DNA of 63,808 nucleotides, taken from an uncultured Clostridia bacterium (GTDB taxonomy: Bacteria > Bacillota > Clostridia > TANB77 > CAG-508). Positions 40,601 through 50,141 of the stretch are shown here, piece after piece. Where the stretch lies: positions 1-63,808 of the forward strand of contig CALXVH010000006.1 of the NCBI GenBank assembly GCA_944391965.1. Direction: 5' to 3'. A program made the translations under genes and the position numbers. The notes under the pieces are model-generated. The model worked only from the letters and a program-made list of their open reading frames with translations, searched no databases and was not told the DNA's origin. The number at the start of each line of letters is the position of its first letter. The first letter of the stretch is position 1.

Positions 40601-42445
40601 AACTCTTTGTGGTATTGGCTTTTCTGGATTTACGAAGCAAGAAAATTCATCTATTACCTCACCATTTTTTACTTTCATTATTCCAACTTCTGTAATTTTT
40701 TCTGTTCTAAATGAAAAACCTGTTGTTTCTAAGTCTAATACACAATAAGTTGTATCTATACTTTGTCCTTTAGAGAAAGAAACTGGAGATACTTTGTCTG
40801 GTGCAAGATATGCTTCTACACCATAAATTATTTTTATATCATGATTATCAAAACCTAATAATTTATGTGCTTCTGGGAATGCTTGTACAACACCATGATC
40901 TGTTATTGCAATAGATTTCATTCCCCACTTCATAGCTCTCTTTATTAAGTCGGTTGCAGATGTTATACCATCCATTTGACTCATCTTTGTATGCATATGA
41001 AGTTCTACTCTCTTCTCCTCTGCATTATCCATTCTTTCTTCTTTTTTAGGTGGCTCTATTTCTATAATAGTATATGCCATAACAGTAAGTTCATGAGAGA
41101 AAGAATCCATTTGTGCGGTTCCTGCTATCTTTATTGCTTTAGCACTTTTTATTCTTCCCATAATTTTCTTAGCATTTTTCTTATCCAAAAATGCTTTACA
41201 TGTTAATGTACTTGTTCCATCGTACAAATCAAAGCTATATAAAACTCTACCAGATTTTAATTCTCTATCTTCAGAATTTATTACTTCTCCTTCTAATGAA
41301 ACTTTTTTATCATCTACACCTAAATTTTTAATTTTTACAAGGGGTTCATTAATAGTTAAAGAAGTTCCCATTATTAGAGGTGAGCTATTATCCTCTTCTG
41401 GTAATTCTGGTACTTCTGCATCTGTTTCTATTACTGAATTTGCAATTATATTAACATCTCCAGCATATGTGTCTAATCCTGCTTTTCCTATAATTTTTAT
41501 AGCTTTTACTTTCTCTAGTTTTTCTAAGATACCATCTGCTTCTTCCATAGTTGTAAATGATTTACATGTCATTATACCTGTACCATCATACACATCCATT
41601 ATTATTATTTTCTTTCCAGATTTAGTATCTCTTGAATCTAATTCTACAATTCTTCCTTCTATCGTTACTTTACCAGTGTTTGCATTTATATCTTTTATTT
41701 TTACATGATTTTCTTTTGCTTTAGATGGTTTTCCAATAATGTAATCTAAATTATTATTTTCTATAACTGGTGGTGGCACCATTTCGCCTAATTCCTCTGG
41801 AGGAATATCGCTATCAGAAGGTAATGGTACATAATAGTCTGGTGGTTCCTGCATTTTAGCATTTGCTTTTTCTTCCTCATGTTTTTTCATTTCTTCTATT
41901 CTATTTCTTATTAATGTCTCTTCTAATAGCCTATTATTTTCTTCTTGTCTTGCTAATTCTTCTTTACTTATCTGTTCCTCTAAGTTAATTTTATATTCTT
42001 TTCCTAATAAGTTCTTTATTGTTATTTCTACTTGTTTATCTGTCTTTCTGGTTCGTAAAAAGTCTGCACCTTTTATATGCATCTTTACATTTATATTGTT
42101 ATTTTCTACCTCTATTGTACTTTTCATAAGTAAAATAGGTTTCATTAGTGGATGTTTATGTGCCATATAACATATTATATTTTTCCACTCATCTTTTACA
42201 TCAGGAATCTTTGTTCCGTCTTCATAATTAAATATCATTTCTATATCTTTTATTTGGAATCTCTCCATTAGATATTTTTCAAAATCCCACATATCTTTTA
42301 TTTGAACAAATTTATCTGTATTTAAAATGATAGTTAATTTATTAGTTTTTTTGTTTATCCCTATTTTACTTATATAACATTCTTGCATTTGCGAATTATT
42401 TTTATAGTCACTAAATATTTCCTTTATTTTCTTTAAGTTTTCCAA
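37688..42445 (-). CDS. polC: DNA polymerase III PolC-type (with duplicated OB-fold)
   Basis: PHP ELHMHT, exonuclease DLETTG, GSRGSVGSS, Zn finger CPNC/CPKC, PDIDLNFSG. Confidence 0.98.
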   Translation of the reverse strand: MENLKKIKEIFSDYKNNSQMQECYISKIGINKKTNKLTIILNTDKFVQIKDMWDFEKYLMERFQIKDIEMIFNYEDGTKIPDVKDEWKNIICYMAHKHPLMKPILLMKSTIEVENNNINVKMHIKGADFLRTRKTDKQVEITIKNLLGKEYKINLEEQISKEELARQEENNRLLEETLIRNRIEEMKKHEEEKANAKMQEPPDYYVPLPSDSDIPPEELGEMVPPPVIENNNLDYIIGKPSKAKENHVKIKDINANTGKVTIEGRIVELDSRDTKSGKKIIIMDVYDGTGIMTCKSFTTMEEADGILEKLEKVKAIKIIGKAGLDTYAGDVNIIANSVIETDAEVPELPEEDNSSPLIMGTSLTINEPLVKIKNLGVDDKKVSLEGEVINSEDRELKSGRVLYSFDLYDGTSTLTCKAFLDKKNAKKIMGRIKSAKAIKIAGTAQMDSFSHELTVMAYTIIEIEPPKKEERMDNAEEKRVELHMHTKMSQMDGITSATDLIKRAMKWGMKSIAITDHGVVQAFPEAHKLLGFDNHDIKIIYGVEAYLAPDKVSPVSFSKGQSIDTTYCVLDLETTGFSFRTEKITEVGIMKVKNGEVIDEFSCFVNPEKPIPQRVVEVTNITDDMVKDAETIDKVMPKILEFVGDSVLVAHNADFDIGFLKYNANELGLSLENTYLDTLRLAKDLFPDYKKYKLGKIAENLGIKVEVAHRALDDVDTTVKVLNVMLKMLKDKGCETLDDITKKVSGDADYKKLPTYHAIILATNYVGLKNLYKLISISHLDYFYKKPRILKSVYKKYSEGLILGSACEAGELYQAIEMGKTDEEIEDIAKDYDYLEIQPLGNNDFLIRNGTVADEEGLKNINRKIVEIGEKLNKLVVATCDVHFMDPSDEIYRRMLQAGQGYDDADDQAPLYLRTTEEMLKEFEYLGEEKAYEVVVTNTNKVADMCDWISPISPEKCPPHIPGCETTIKEIAYSKAHELYGDPLPTIVEERLDKELTSIIKNGFSVMYIIAQKLVWKSNEDGYIVGSRGSVGSSFVANMTGITEVNSLPPHYRCPNCKYSDFTDYGYENGFDLPDKDCPKCGTKLVKDGMDIPFETFLGFNGDKEPDIDLNFSGEYQAKAHRYTEVIFGKGTTFKAGTVGTVADKTAFGYVKKYYEERNIPVANAEVARISQGCTGIKRTTGQHPGGIIVVPKGREIYEFTPVQHPADDPNSDIITTHFDYHSIDQNLLKLDILGHDDPTMIRMLFDITGVDPTKVPLDDKETMSIFSSTKALGVTPEQIHSEVGSYGIPEFGTKFVRGMLVDTKPKRFDELIRISGLSHGTDVWLGNAQSLIDAGTVTLSEAICCRDDIMIYLIKKGLPPNDAFKIMESVRKGKVAKGKEPKWDQYKELMKEQDVPEWYIKSCEKIKYMFPKAHAAAYVTNAFRIAWFKVHEPKAYYTAYFTIRADEFDSDIMCHGKEKVLNKMKEIDLAGNNATTKDKNMYAILELVLEMYERGINFLPIDLYKSHSTKFIAEEDGIRPPLNSIPGLGTVAAESIVKAREEEPFMCIDDIRMRAKAGSSVIELLKTAGCLKGMPESNQMSLFA

Positions 42446-42456
42446 TTTAGCATCTC

Positions 42457-42951
42457 CTATTTGTTATCAGTCGTTTTTTCTCCGATTACTTTTAGTATTT
42501 TCTCATATACTACTTTTACATCTTTTACTCCGTTTATAAAAATTATTTTTTGAGTTAATTTTTTATTATTTGTATATATCATTATCGTTCCTAATTTAAA
42601 AACTGTTTGTAAAAATGTTTGTCCATATTTTATCTGTGTAAATTCTGTATATTTTACTTCTTTTTCGTTATCATCTTTAATTTTATTGTTATATATTAAT
42701 TTATCATTGTAAAATTTATAATAGCTATTTCTATATTTTATCTTATTATAAACAGCATTTATTATTAAATATACAATGTATACAACTAATATTGCTACAC
42801 CATACCCTATTAGTTGGTTTTCAGCAATTAATACTGCTAAAATTAAAATAATAATTAATAAAGTTGTTACATGATTATATAAAAAGCTAAATAATACATT
42901 ATATTTTGGTTTTATTGTTAGTTTTGCTTCTTCTTTTTTATCCATTTCCAT
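42457..42951 (-). CDS. Membrane protein with bacterial PH (bPH_2-like) domain
   Basis: Two TMs, then Y.FYNDKL ... QTFLQTVFKLGTI. Confidence 0.7.
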   Translation of the reverse strand: MEMDKKEEAKLTIKPKYNVLFSFLYNHVTTLLIIILILAVLIAENQLIGYGVAILVVYIVYLIINAVYNKIKYRNSYYKFYNDKLIYNNKIKDDNEKEVKYTEFTQIKYGQTFLQTVFKLGTIMIYTNNKKLTQKIIFINGVKDVKVVYEKILKVIGEKTTDNK

Positions 42952-42959
42952 ACCTCTTT

Positions 42960-44228
42960 TTAAAAAATTCTTAAAATATCTTTATATGATATAAATATTG
43001 ATAATGATATTAAAATTACAAATCCTATCATTTGAATTCCAATTTCTAGCTCTTCTTTCATTGGCTTTCTTCTTATAGCTTCTATTAATAATATTAATAA
43101 TTTTCCACCATCCAATGCTGGTATTGGCAATAAATTTGTCACTCCTAGTGAAATAGAAATTATTGCAAGCATATATATAAAATCTACAAAGCCAGTTGTT
43201 TGTGATACCACACTAGAAATTCCAACAGGTCCCATCATTTGGTCTATTCCAACTTTACCAGTAAATAACATTTTTAAATTTTCCACTATTGATCCTAAAA
43301 AATCACCTGTTTTGAAAAATGCATAATAAATATTATTTGCAAAATTACTTTCTGCCATTTTAAAATTTATCCCTAAATAATATGTTGGAATTAAATCTAA
43401 TTGTAAGTTTACGTTAAGTATTTCACCATTTCTTTCTACTTCTACTTCTGCGGTATTGCTTTCACAAGTTTGTATTGCTTCTATCAATTTGTCCGCACTT
43501 TCTCTTACATCTACGCCATTAAATTTTGTGATTACATCATTTGTTTCTATTCCTGCTTTAGCTGCTGCACTCCCTTCGTCTATCTGCACTACTTGTGTTG
43601 CATTTTTGCCATTATTACTACTTGCCACATATATACCTGTACTTTTAGTTTGTTTTTCTGTCGGAGTTAATTTTACTTCTTTTTCTTCGTTATTTCTTTC
43701 TATTTGTATTGTTAGTTCTTCTCCATTTGAATTTTGAAGTATATCGTCTATATCTGTTTTAGTCTTTATATTTTTACCATTAATTTTTTCTATTTTATCT
43801 CCCTCATATATTCCGGCTTGTTCTGCAGCAAAGTCGGTTATAGTAGAATCTACAACTGTAGATACATTATTACCAATTGATGCCATTATTATAAAATATA
43901 CTAATATACCAAAAACAATATTTACTGTTGCACCTGCTGCAACAATAGCCATTCTTTTTGGTATACTAGCATTATTAAAAGCACGCTCATCTTCAGATTT
44001 AGTGTCTTCACCTTCTAATCTTACAAATCCTCCTAATGGGATTAATCTTAATTCATATTTCGTTTCTTTTCCTTGTTTTGTCCAAATCTTTGGTCCAAAA
44101 CCTATTGCAAATTCGTGTACTTTTACTTTAAATAATTTTGCTATAAAGAAATGTCCAGCTTCATGAATTAGTATTAGAAATCCCAATAAGAAAATTATTT
44201 TTATAGCATTTATTATAAAACCTAACAA
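42960..44228 (-). CDS. rseP: RIP metalloprotease with two PDZ domains
   Basis: HEAGH, IPLGGFV, NLLPIPALDGG. Confidence 0.95.
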   Translation of the reverse strand: MLGFIINAIKIIFLLGFLILIHEAGHFFIAKLFKVKVHEFAIGFGPKIWTKQGKETKYELRLIPLGGFVRLEGEDTKSEDERAFNNASIPKRMAIVAAGATVNIVFGILVYFIIMASIGNNVSTVVDSTITDFAAEQAGIYEGDKIEKINGKNIKTKTDIDDILQNSNGEELTIQIERNNEEKEVKLTPTEKQTKSTGIYVASSNNGKNATQVVQIDEGSAAAKAGIETNDVITKFNGVDVRESADKLIEAIQTCESNTAEVEVERNGEILNVNLQLDLIPTYYLGINFKMAESNFANNIYYAFFKTGDFLGSIVENLKMLFTGKVGIDQMMGPVGISSVVSQTTGFVDFIYMLAIISISLGVTNLLPIPALDGGKLLILLIEAIRRKPMKEELEIGIQMIGFVILISLSIFISYKDILRIF

Positions 44229-44244
44229 AGAGCAACCTCCTATT

Positions 44245-45054
44245 TTAAATTAGTACTAATAAAAAATATGCAAATGGAGCTATAAATATTATACTATCTA
44301 TTCTATCTAACATTCCTCCATGTCCTGGGATTAAATGTCCATAATCTTTTATTCCTGTATATCTTTTTATTGAAGATGCTGCAAAATCTCCCATTTGACT
44401 TAATAAACTTAAAATTAATCCAATAACAGTTATTAGTATGTAATTAATATTCATTCCACATAAATTATTTATTATTACAGTATATATTAATATAATTATA
44501 AGTGCTCCTACTGTTCCACCAACACAACCTTCTATTGTTTTATTAGGACTAATTTTACTAAATTTATGTTTTCCTATTAATTTACCACAAACATATGCAA
44601 AAATGTCTGTTCCCCATGATGCAAACATTGCATACCATATTAAAAATACACCATTTTCATCTGCTCTAATAATTGGCATAAACATTAAAAATATTACTAT
44701 ATAACATATTCCAAATAGTGTTACTGCTGCATCTATTACTGTTGTTTTCATTTTTGTTATTAAAATTTGTGCGAAACTTAGTAAAATTGCTATTGGTGCT
44801 ACAGATCCAATTATTAAAATTAAATATTCCTTTGGAAATACATGTATTAAAGCAATTGTTACACATGCTAAATAACCAAGCCATGTTAAAGGATTTGCTT
44901 TATTACTAACTTTAAAAGCATGCGCATATTCATGAAAACTTAAAGCTGCAATAATTGCAAAAGCAATATCAATCACTATTTGATTTCCAAAAATAAGAAT
45001 TAATGCTACTATGGGAAAACCTATTATCCCTGAAATTACTCTTTTTATACTCAT
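44245..45054 (-). CDS. cdsA: Phosphatidate cytidylyltransferase
   Basis: SPNKTIEG ... KR...IKD...PGHGG..DRIDS. Confidence 0.96.
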   Translation of the reverse strand: MSIKRVISGIIGFPIVALILIFGNQIVIDIAFAIIAALSFHEYAHAFKVSNKANPLTWLGYLACVTIALIHVFPKEYLILIIGSVAPIAILLSFAQILITKMKTTVIDAAVTLFGICYIVIFLMFMPIIRADENGVFLIWYAMFASWGTDIFAYVCGKLIGKHKFSKISPNKTIEGCVGGTVGALIIILIYTVIINNLCGMNINYILITVIGLILSLLSQMGDFAASSIKRYTGIKDYGHLIPGHGGMLDRIDSIIFIAPFAYFLLVLI

Positions 45055-45767
45055 TATTTTCCTCCAAATTTTCTATTTCTCTTTTGAAATTCTAAAATTG
45101 CATTATCAATGTCTTCTTCTGTAAAATCTGGCCATAATTTATCTAGAAATAGAAATTCTGAATATACAATTTGCCAAGGTAAGAAATTGCTTGTACGCAA
45201 TTCTCCACTTGTTCTAATAACTAAATCTGGATCTGGTTCTCCTCTAGTGTATAAATTAGCTGAAATAGTTTCCTCTGTAATATTATCTACGTCTAATTCA
45301 CCATTTTTTACTTGTTCTACTATTTTCTTAACTGCTGTCACAATTTCATTTCTTCCACCATAATTTAATGCAATATTAAATGTTACTCCTGTATTATCTT
45401 TAGTTCTCTCTTCGCATTTTCTTATACTCTTTTGCATTGCTTCTGAAAGAACTGATATATCTCCTAATACTTTAACTTTTATATTCTCTGTATCTGCCCT
45501 TTTACTATAGGCATCTAAATAATTTTGAAGAAGTAGCATAAGAGCACTTACTTCCTCTTCTGTCCTTTTCCAATTTTCTGTTGAAAAAGCATAAACTGTA
45601 ATATATCCTAACCCTATTTTATTAGCATATCTAACAATTTTTTCTAATGTTTTTGCACCTTCCTTATGCCCTAACTTTGCAGGAAGTCCTCTTTGTTTTG
45701 CCCACCTTCTATTTCCATCCATAATTATTGCAATATGCTTTGGAAAATTTTCTTTTTCAAATTCCAT
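45054..45767 (-). CDS. uppS: Undecaprenyl diphosphate synthase
   Basis: HIAIIMDGNRRWA, FSTENW, IRTSGE. Confidence 0.97.
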   Translation of the reverse strand: MEFEKENFPKHIAIIMDGNRRWAKQRGLPAKLGHKEGAKTLEKIVRYANKIGLGYITVYAFSTENWKRTEEEVSALMLLLQNYLDAYSKRADTENIKVKVLGDISVLSEAMQKSIRKCEERTKDNTGVTFNIALNYGGRNEIVTAVKKIVEQVKNGELDVDNITEETISANLYTRGEPDPDLVIRTSGELRTSNFLPWQIVYSEFLFLDKLWPDFTEEDIDNAILEFQKRNRKFGGK

Positions 45768-45779
45768 ATTAAACTCCTT

Positions 45780-46328
45780 TTAAACTGTCATTATTTCTTT
45801 TTCTTTTCCCTCTGTTAATTTATCAATTTCATCAATATTTTTATCTGTTATTTTTTGGATGTTATCTTCTGCCATTTTTAATTCGTCTTCTGTTATTTCA
45901 GAATTTTTTTGCATAGCTTTAAACTCATCTATTCCATCTCTTCTTATAGAACGTATTGCAATTTTAGCATCTTCACCCATTTTCTTAACTTCTTTTACTA
46001 ATTCTTTTCTTCTTTCTTCATTTAATTCTGGGAAGTTTAATCTAATTAATTTTCCATCATTATTTGGATTAATTCCTATATCTGATGTTAATATTGCTTT
46101 TTCAATTTCTTTTAACACACTAGCATCCCATGGTTGAATTACTATTAATCTTGCTTCTGGTACAGATATTCCTGCTATTTGATTTATAGGTGTTGGTGTA
46201 CCATAATAATCTATTTTTATTTTATTTAAAACTGCTGGATTGGCTCTTCCAGCTCTTATTTCTGATAAATTTTCCTTATACACACTTATTGTTTTACTCA
46301 TTTTTTCTTCTATTTTACTATAATCCAT
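45780..46328 (-). CDS. frr: Ribosome recycling factor
   Basis: [20 protein letters not shown]. Confidence 0.97.
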   Translation of the reverse strand: MDYSKIEEKMSKTISVYKENLSEIRAGRANPAVLNKIKIDYYGTPTPINQIAGISVPEARLIVIQPWDASVLKEIEKAILTSDIGINPNNDGKLIRLNFPELNEERRKELVKEVKKMGEDAKIAIRSIRRDGIDEFKAMQKNSEITEDELKMAEDNIQKITDKNIDEIDKLTEGKEKEIMTV

Positions 46329-46439
46329 TTTAATCTCTCCTTTTATTATTTTTAACTTTAGAAACGTAGCTTAAGGTTTAAATTTTGGTTATTTTTCCTC
46401 TAATTACTCTCTTAATAAGTTTTTAATTTTAATTTCTTT

Positions 46440-47150
46440 TTATTTTACTATTGTTCCTATTTTTTCTCCCTTTGCAGCTTTTACAATATTGTTTGGATCA
46501 TCTATTCCAAAAACTACTAATGGTATATTATTATCCCTACATAAAGATGTTGCTGTAGAGTCCATTACTTTTAAATCTTTATTTAAAATATCTAAATATG
46601 TAATTTCATCATATTTTACAGCATTTTTATCTATTTCTGGATCTGCAGAGTAGACAGCATCTATTGATTTTCCAAGTAATATTACATCTGCATCTATTTC
46701 TGCTGCTCTTAAGGCTGCTGCTGTATCTGTTGTAAAATATGGATTGCCTGTACCACAAGCAAATATTACTATTCTTCCTCTTTCTAAATGCTTAATTGCT
46801 TTTCTTTTTATATATGGTTCTGCAATTTCTCTCATTTCTATTGCTGTTTGAACTCTTGTATATACACCTCTTGCTTCTAAAGCATCTTGAAGTGCTAAAC
46901 CATTCATTGCAGTTGCTAACATTCCCATATAATCTGCTGTAGTTCTTTCCATTTCGTGACCATATCTACCTCTCCAGAAGTTTCCTCCACCAACAACTAC
47001 TGCTACTTGTATTCCTAAATCAGAAACTTCTTTTATTGCATCACATAAATTTCCTACTACTTTTGCATCTATTCCTGTTTTCTTTTCACCTGCAAGTACT
47101 TCTCCGCTTAACTTTAGTAGTACTCTTTTGTAGGGTTTATTACTTTCCAA
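46440..47150 (-). CDS. pyrH: Uridylate kinase
   Basis: [23 protein letters not shown]; TTG start with RBS. Confidence 0.97.
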   Translation of the reverse strand: MESNKPYKRVLLKLSGEVLAGEKKTGIDAKVVGNLCDAIKEVSDLGIQVAVVVGGGNFWRGRYGHEMERTTADYMGMLATAMNGLALQDALEARGVYTRVQTAIEMREIAEPYIKRKAIKHLERGRIVIFACGTGNPYFTTDTAAALRAAEIDADVILLGKSIDAVYSADPEIDKNAVKYDEITYLDILNKDLKVMDSTATSLCRDNNIPLVVFGIDDPNNIVKAAKGEKIGTIVK

Positions 47151-47407
47151 CTTTATACACTCTCCTTGCTTATTTAATTGACTTGCCTGTTTCTTTTGGC
47201 AATTATTTTAGCAAGCTTATTCTATCATATAATTTTATGAATTTGTATAATTTTTTAATATTTTCTTAATTTTATTATTAATAAATATTATATGTATGTA
47301 GAAAAATGTAGAATTATATATCTTTTTGTAACTGACTAACTGGTTGTTATATCTTGCTTATTTTATTCAATTGTAATATCATTACATATATAAATTGGGA
47401 GGTATAT

Positions 47408-49144
47408 ATGGGAAAAAAGAGTTTAGCTGAAAAATTAAAGAAAAAATATCATAAAGCTCTAGAAGTTACAGATTTAAAGGATTTATTATATAAGTCTGCT
47501 ACTAGATATACTAGAAGAGCTTCTTTTAAATTAAAAGATAAAATTGGAAATATTTATAAAGTAACATATGAAAAGTTTAAGAAAGATGTTATGGCTTTAG
47601 GAACAGCTTTAATTAATCTTGGCTTAAAAGATGAATATATAGCTGTTACTGGTAAAAACAGTTATAATTGGGCAGTATCATATTTAGCTGCTACAATTGT
47701 TGGAATTGTTGTTCCAATTGATAAAGAATTGAAATCTGAAGAGATTATAAATTTCTTAAATGTATCTTCTTCTAAGGCAATACTTGGTGATGATAAATAT
47801 ATTAATGAATTAATTTCTAAAAAATCAGAAATAACTAATAAAAACACTTTGTTTATCAATTTTAATTCTGAAAAAGATACAAATACTTATATGTCTTATT
47901 CTTTACTTTTGGATGCAGGTTATAACCAATTAGAAGAAGGAAACAAAGATTTCGATAATATAAAAATAGATCCTGATGCAATGAAGATTCTTATTTTTAC
48001 ATCTGGAACTACTGGAAATGCAAAAGGTGTTTGTTTATCACATAAAAATATTGTATCTAATATAATGTCAACATTTGGTATTGTAAAAGTAAAAAGAAGT
48101 GATCAAGTTCTTTCAATCTTGCCTTTACATCATACTTATGAATGTACTTTAGGATTTTTACTTGTAATTTATAGTGGTGGATGTATTAGTTATTGTGAGG
48201 GTCTTCGTCATATAACAAATAACATTCTAGAATTTAAACCAACCGTTATTTTATGTGTGCCTTTACTTTTAGAAAAAATGTATAAAAAAATAGAAGCTAC
48301 GGTTAGAAAATCTTTGCCTGAAAAATATGCTAATATGGAAGGCAACGTAATTGCCAACTTACCTTTAATTATTAAAAAGATAGTTAAAACTAAAGTAAAA
48401 AATTCCCTTGGTGGTAGATTAAGAGCATTTATAGTTGGTGCAGCTCCTTTAAGTCCAGATGTTATAACTTCATTTAAAAATTTAGATATTAAATCTATAC
48501 AAGGTTATGGACTTACAGAATGTTCACCTTTAGTTGCTGGAAATAATGATTTTTATATAAAACCAGATGCTGTAGGCTTACCTATTCCAAATGTTTCATA
48601 TAAAATCTATAAACCAGATAGTTCTAGTGTTGGAGAAATACTTGTAAAAGGACCTAATGTAATGCTTGGTTATTATAAAGATGAGGCTGGAACAGCAAAA
48701 GTATTAAAAGATGGCTGGTTCCATACTGGTGACTTAGGTAGAGTTGATGATGATGGCTGGCTATATATTACTGGCAGACTAAAAACTGTAATAGTTACTC
48801 AAAATGGTAAAAATATTTATCCAGAAGAAATTGAACATTATTTAAATGAAAATCCATTAATTTCCGAATCTTTAGTAACAGGTCTTCCTGATGATAAAGA
48901 TGAAGAAGTATATGTTAATGCACAAATATTCCCAAATATTGATGCTATAAAAGAATATTTAAAAGTTTCTATTCCTCAAAAAGAAGAAATCTTTGCTGTT
49001 ATTAAAGATATCGTTTCTAGTGTTAATAAAAAATTACCAAATTATAAACATATTAAATCTTTTATTATTAAAGACGAAGAATTTGAAAAGACTACTACTC
49101 AAAAGATTAAAAGATTTGGTAAAAATGTTGAAAATAATAAATAA
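47408..49144 (+). CDS. Long-chain fatty acid--CoA ligase (AMP-binding)
   Basis: FTSGTTGNAKG, QGYGLTE, GWFHTGDLG, GR.K; start MGKKS after RBS gggagg. Confidence 0.9.
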   Translation: MGKKSLAEKLKKKYHKALEVTDLKDLLYKSATRYTRRASFKLKDKIGNIYKVTYEKFKKDVMALGTALINLGLKDEYIAVTGKNSYNWAVSYLAATIVGIVVPIDKELKSEEIINFLNVSSSKAILGDDKYINELISKKSEITNKNTLFINFNSEKDTNTYMSYSLLLDAGYNQLEEGNKDFDNIKIDPDAMKILIFTSGTTGNAKGVCLSHKNIVSNIMSTFGIVKVKRSDQVLSILPLHHTYECTLGFLLVIYSGGCISYCEGLRHITNNILEFKPTVILCVPLLLEKMYKKIEATVRKSLPEKYANMEGNVIANLPLIIKKIVKTKVKNSLGGRLRAFIVGAAPLSPDVITSFKNLDIKSIQGYGLTECSPLVAGNNDFYIKPDAVGLPIPNVSYKIYKPDSSSVGEILVKGPNVMLGYYKDEAGTAKVLKDGWFHTGDLGRVDDDGWLYITGRLKTVIVTQNGKNIYPEEIEHYLNENPLISESLVTGLPDDKDEEVYVNAQIFPNIDAIKEYLKVSIPQKEEIFAVIKDIVSSVNKKLPNYKHIKSFIIKDEEFEKTTTQKIKRFGKNVENNK

Positions 49145-49221
49145 ATATTTACAAATATTTATTATGATGATATTTTAGATATGTGTGTTAGACTATTTTT
49201 CATAATGACACACTCCTTTCA

Positions 49222-49248
49222 AAAGCCAACTGCTAAGTAGTTGGCTTT
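49222..49248. terminator. Bidirectional terminator
   Basis: aaagccaact ... agttggcttt. Confidence 0.75.
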
Positions 49249-49264
49249 AATTTTTTTATATTAG

Positions 49265-50131
49265 CTATAAATCTTTAACTATATTTCCTCTTTTTTCTTC
49301 TCGTTCTAATGCCTGCACTACTGCAATATCAAAATTATAAATATTATATAAAGCATGTCTAGGAAATTCTTTTTTTAATTCTTTTGTATAAAGGTTATTC
49401 ATGTCATTTTTTATAATCTTTAAATTAACTTTTTTCAATTCTCTTATATTTAAATGATATCCTCCGACCAATTGTTTTATTTCATCTCCATATGGGTCTA
49501 TTATATCTTTAAACATAATAATTTTTAATTTATCAATTTTTTTTAAATTTACTTTTTCATCTCCTATCCAATTAAAAATTCCAACTAATTCATTTTCATG
49601 ATAATATTTTTCTGGATCTAAATATCCAATTGTATATTTTTCCATTCCCATTACCTTTAGCAAAACATATTTTTGATAATATTTATGTTTTTTTAAATCT
49701 TCATTTAATAATTGATATAATATGACATCTCCAACTTTCCAATTTGGTCTTTCAAATTTCATTTTACTAACTTTCTTTTCTGTTGGTTGCTCAGTATTCA
49801 ATCTCTGTTTTAAATCTTCTAAAACTTTTTTTCTTTTTTCAAATAGTTTTCTATCTTCTTTCCATCTCTCTAAATCTTTTCCGCTATATATTACTTCTAA
49901 CGCCCTATCCCTAATGTCATTTGTTAATCTTCCATACTTCCACTGAGTATCAGCCAATGCTAACCAAAACAAAGGGCCTGTTTCGTCATCTTTTATCATT
50001 TCCTCATTATCACTTATTACTTCTTGTAAAGCTTCTTCATTTGTCTTTCCTATTCTTAAATAATTTAAATATTCTTCCTTTATATCACATGTATCATCAT
50101 CTTGGTACAATCCTGTTCCCCATGTTCCCAT
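49265..50131 (-). CDS. Probable cognate immunity protein of the RHS toxin
   Basis: Starts 10 nt after the RHS stop with RBS ggaggag; MGTWG..L..DD and FWLALADTQWKYG N-terminus resembles DUF4259-type immunity proteins. Confidence 0.7.
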   Translation of the reverse strand: MGTWGTGLYQDDDTCDIKEEYLNYLRIGKTNEEALQEVISDNEEMIKDDETGPLFWLALADTQWKYGRLTNDIRDRALEVIYSGKDLERWKEDRKLFEKRKKVLEDLKQRLNTEQPTEKKVSKMKFERPNWKVGDVILYQLLNEDLKKHKYYQKYVLLKVMGMEKYTIGYLDPEKYYHENELVGIFNWIGDEKVNLKKIDKLKIIMFKDIIDPYGDEIKQLVGGYHLNIRELKKVNLKIIKNDMNNLYTKELKKEFPRHALYNIYNFDIAVVQALEREEKRGNIVKDL

Positions 50132-50141
50132 ATTACTCCTC

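Noticed and set aside
37688-42445. Intein as the cause of the long PolC
   Set aside because: No C...HN splice motifs or homing endonuclease were seen; the extra length is explained by the OB duplication and linker
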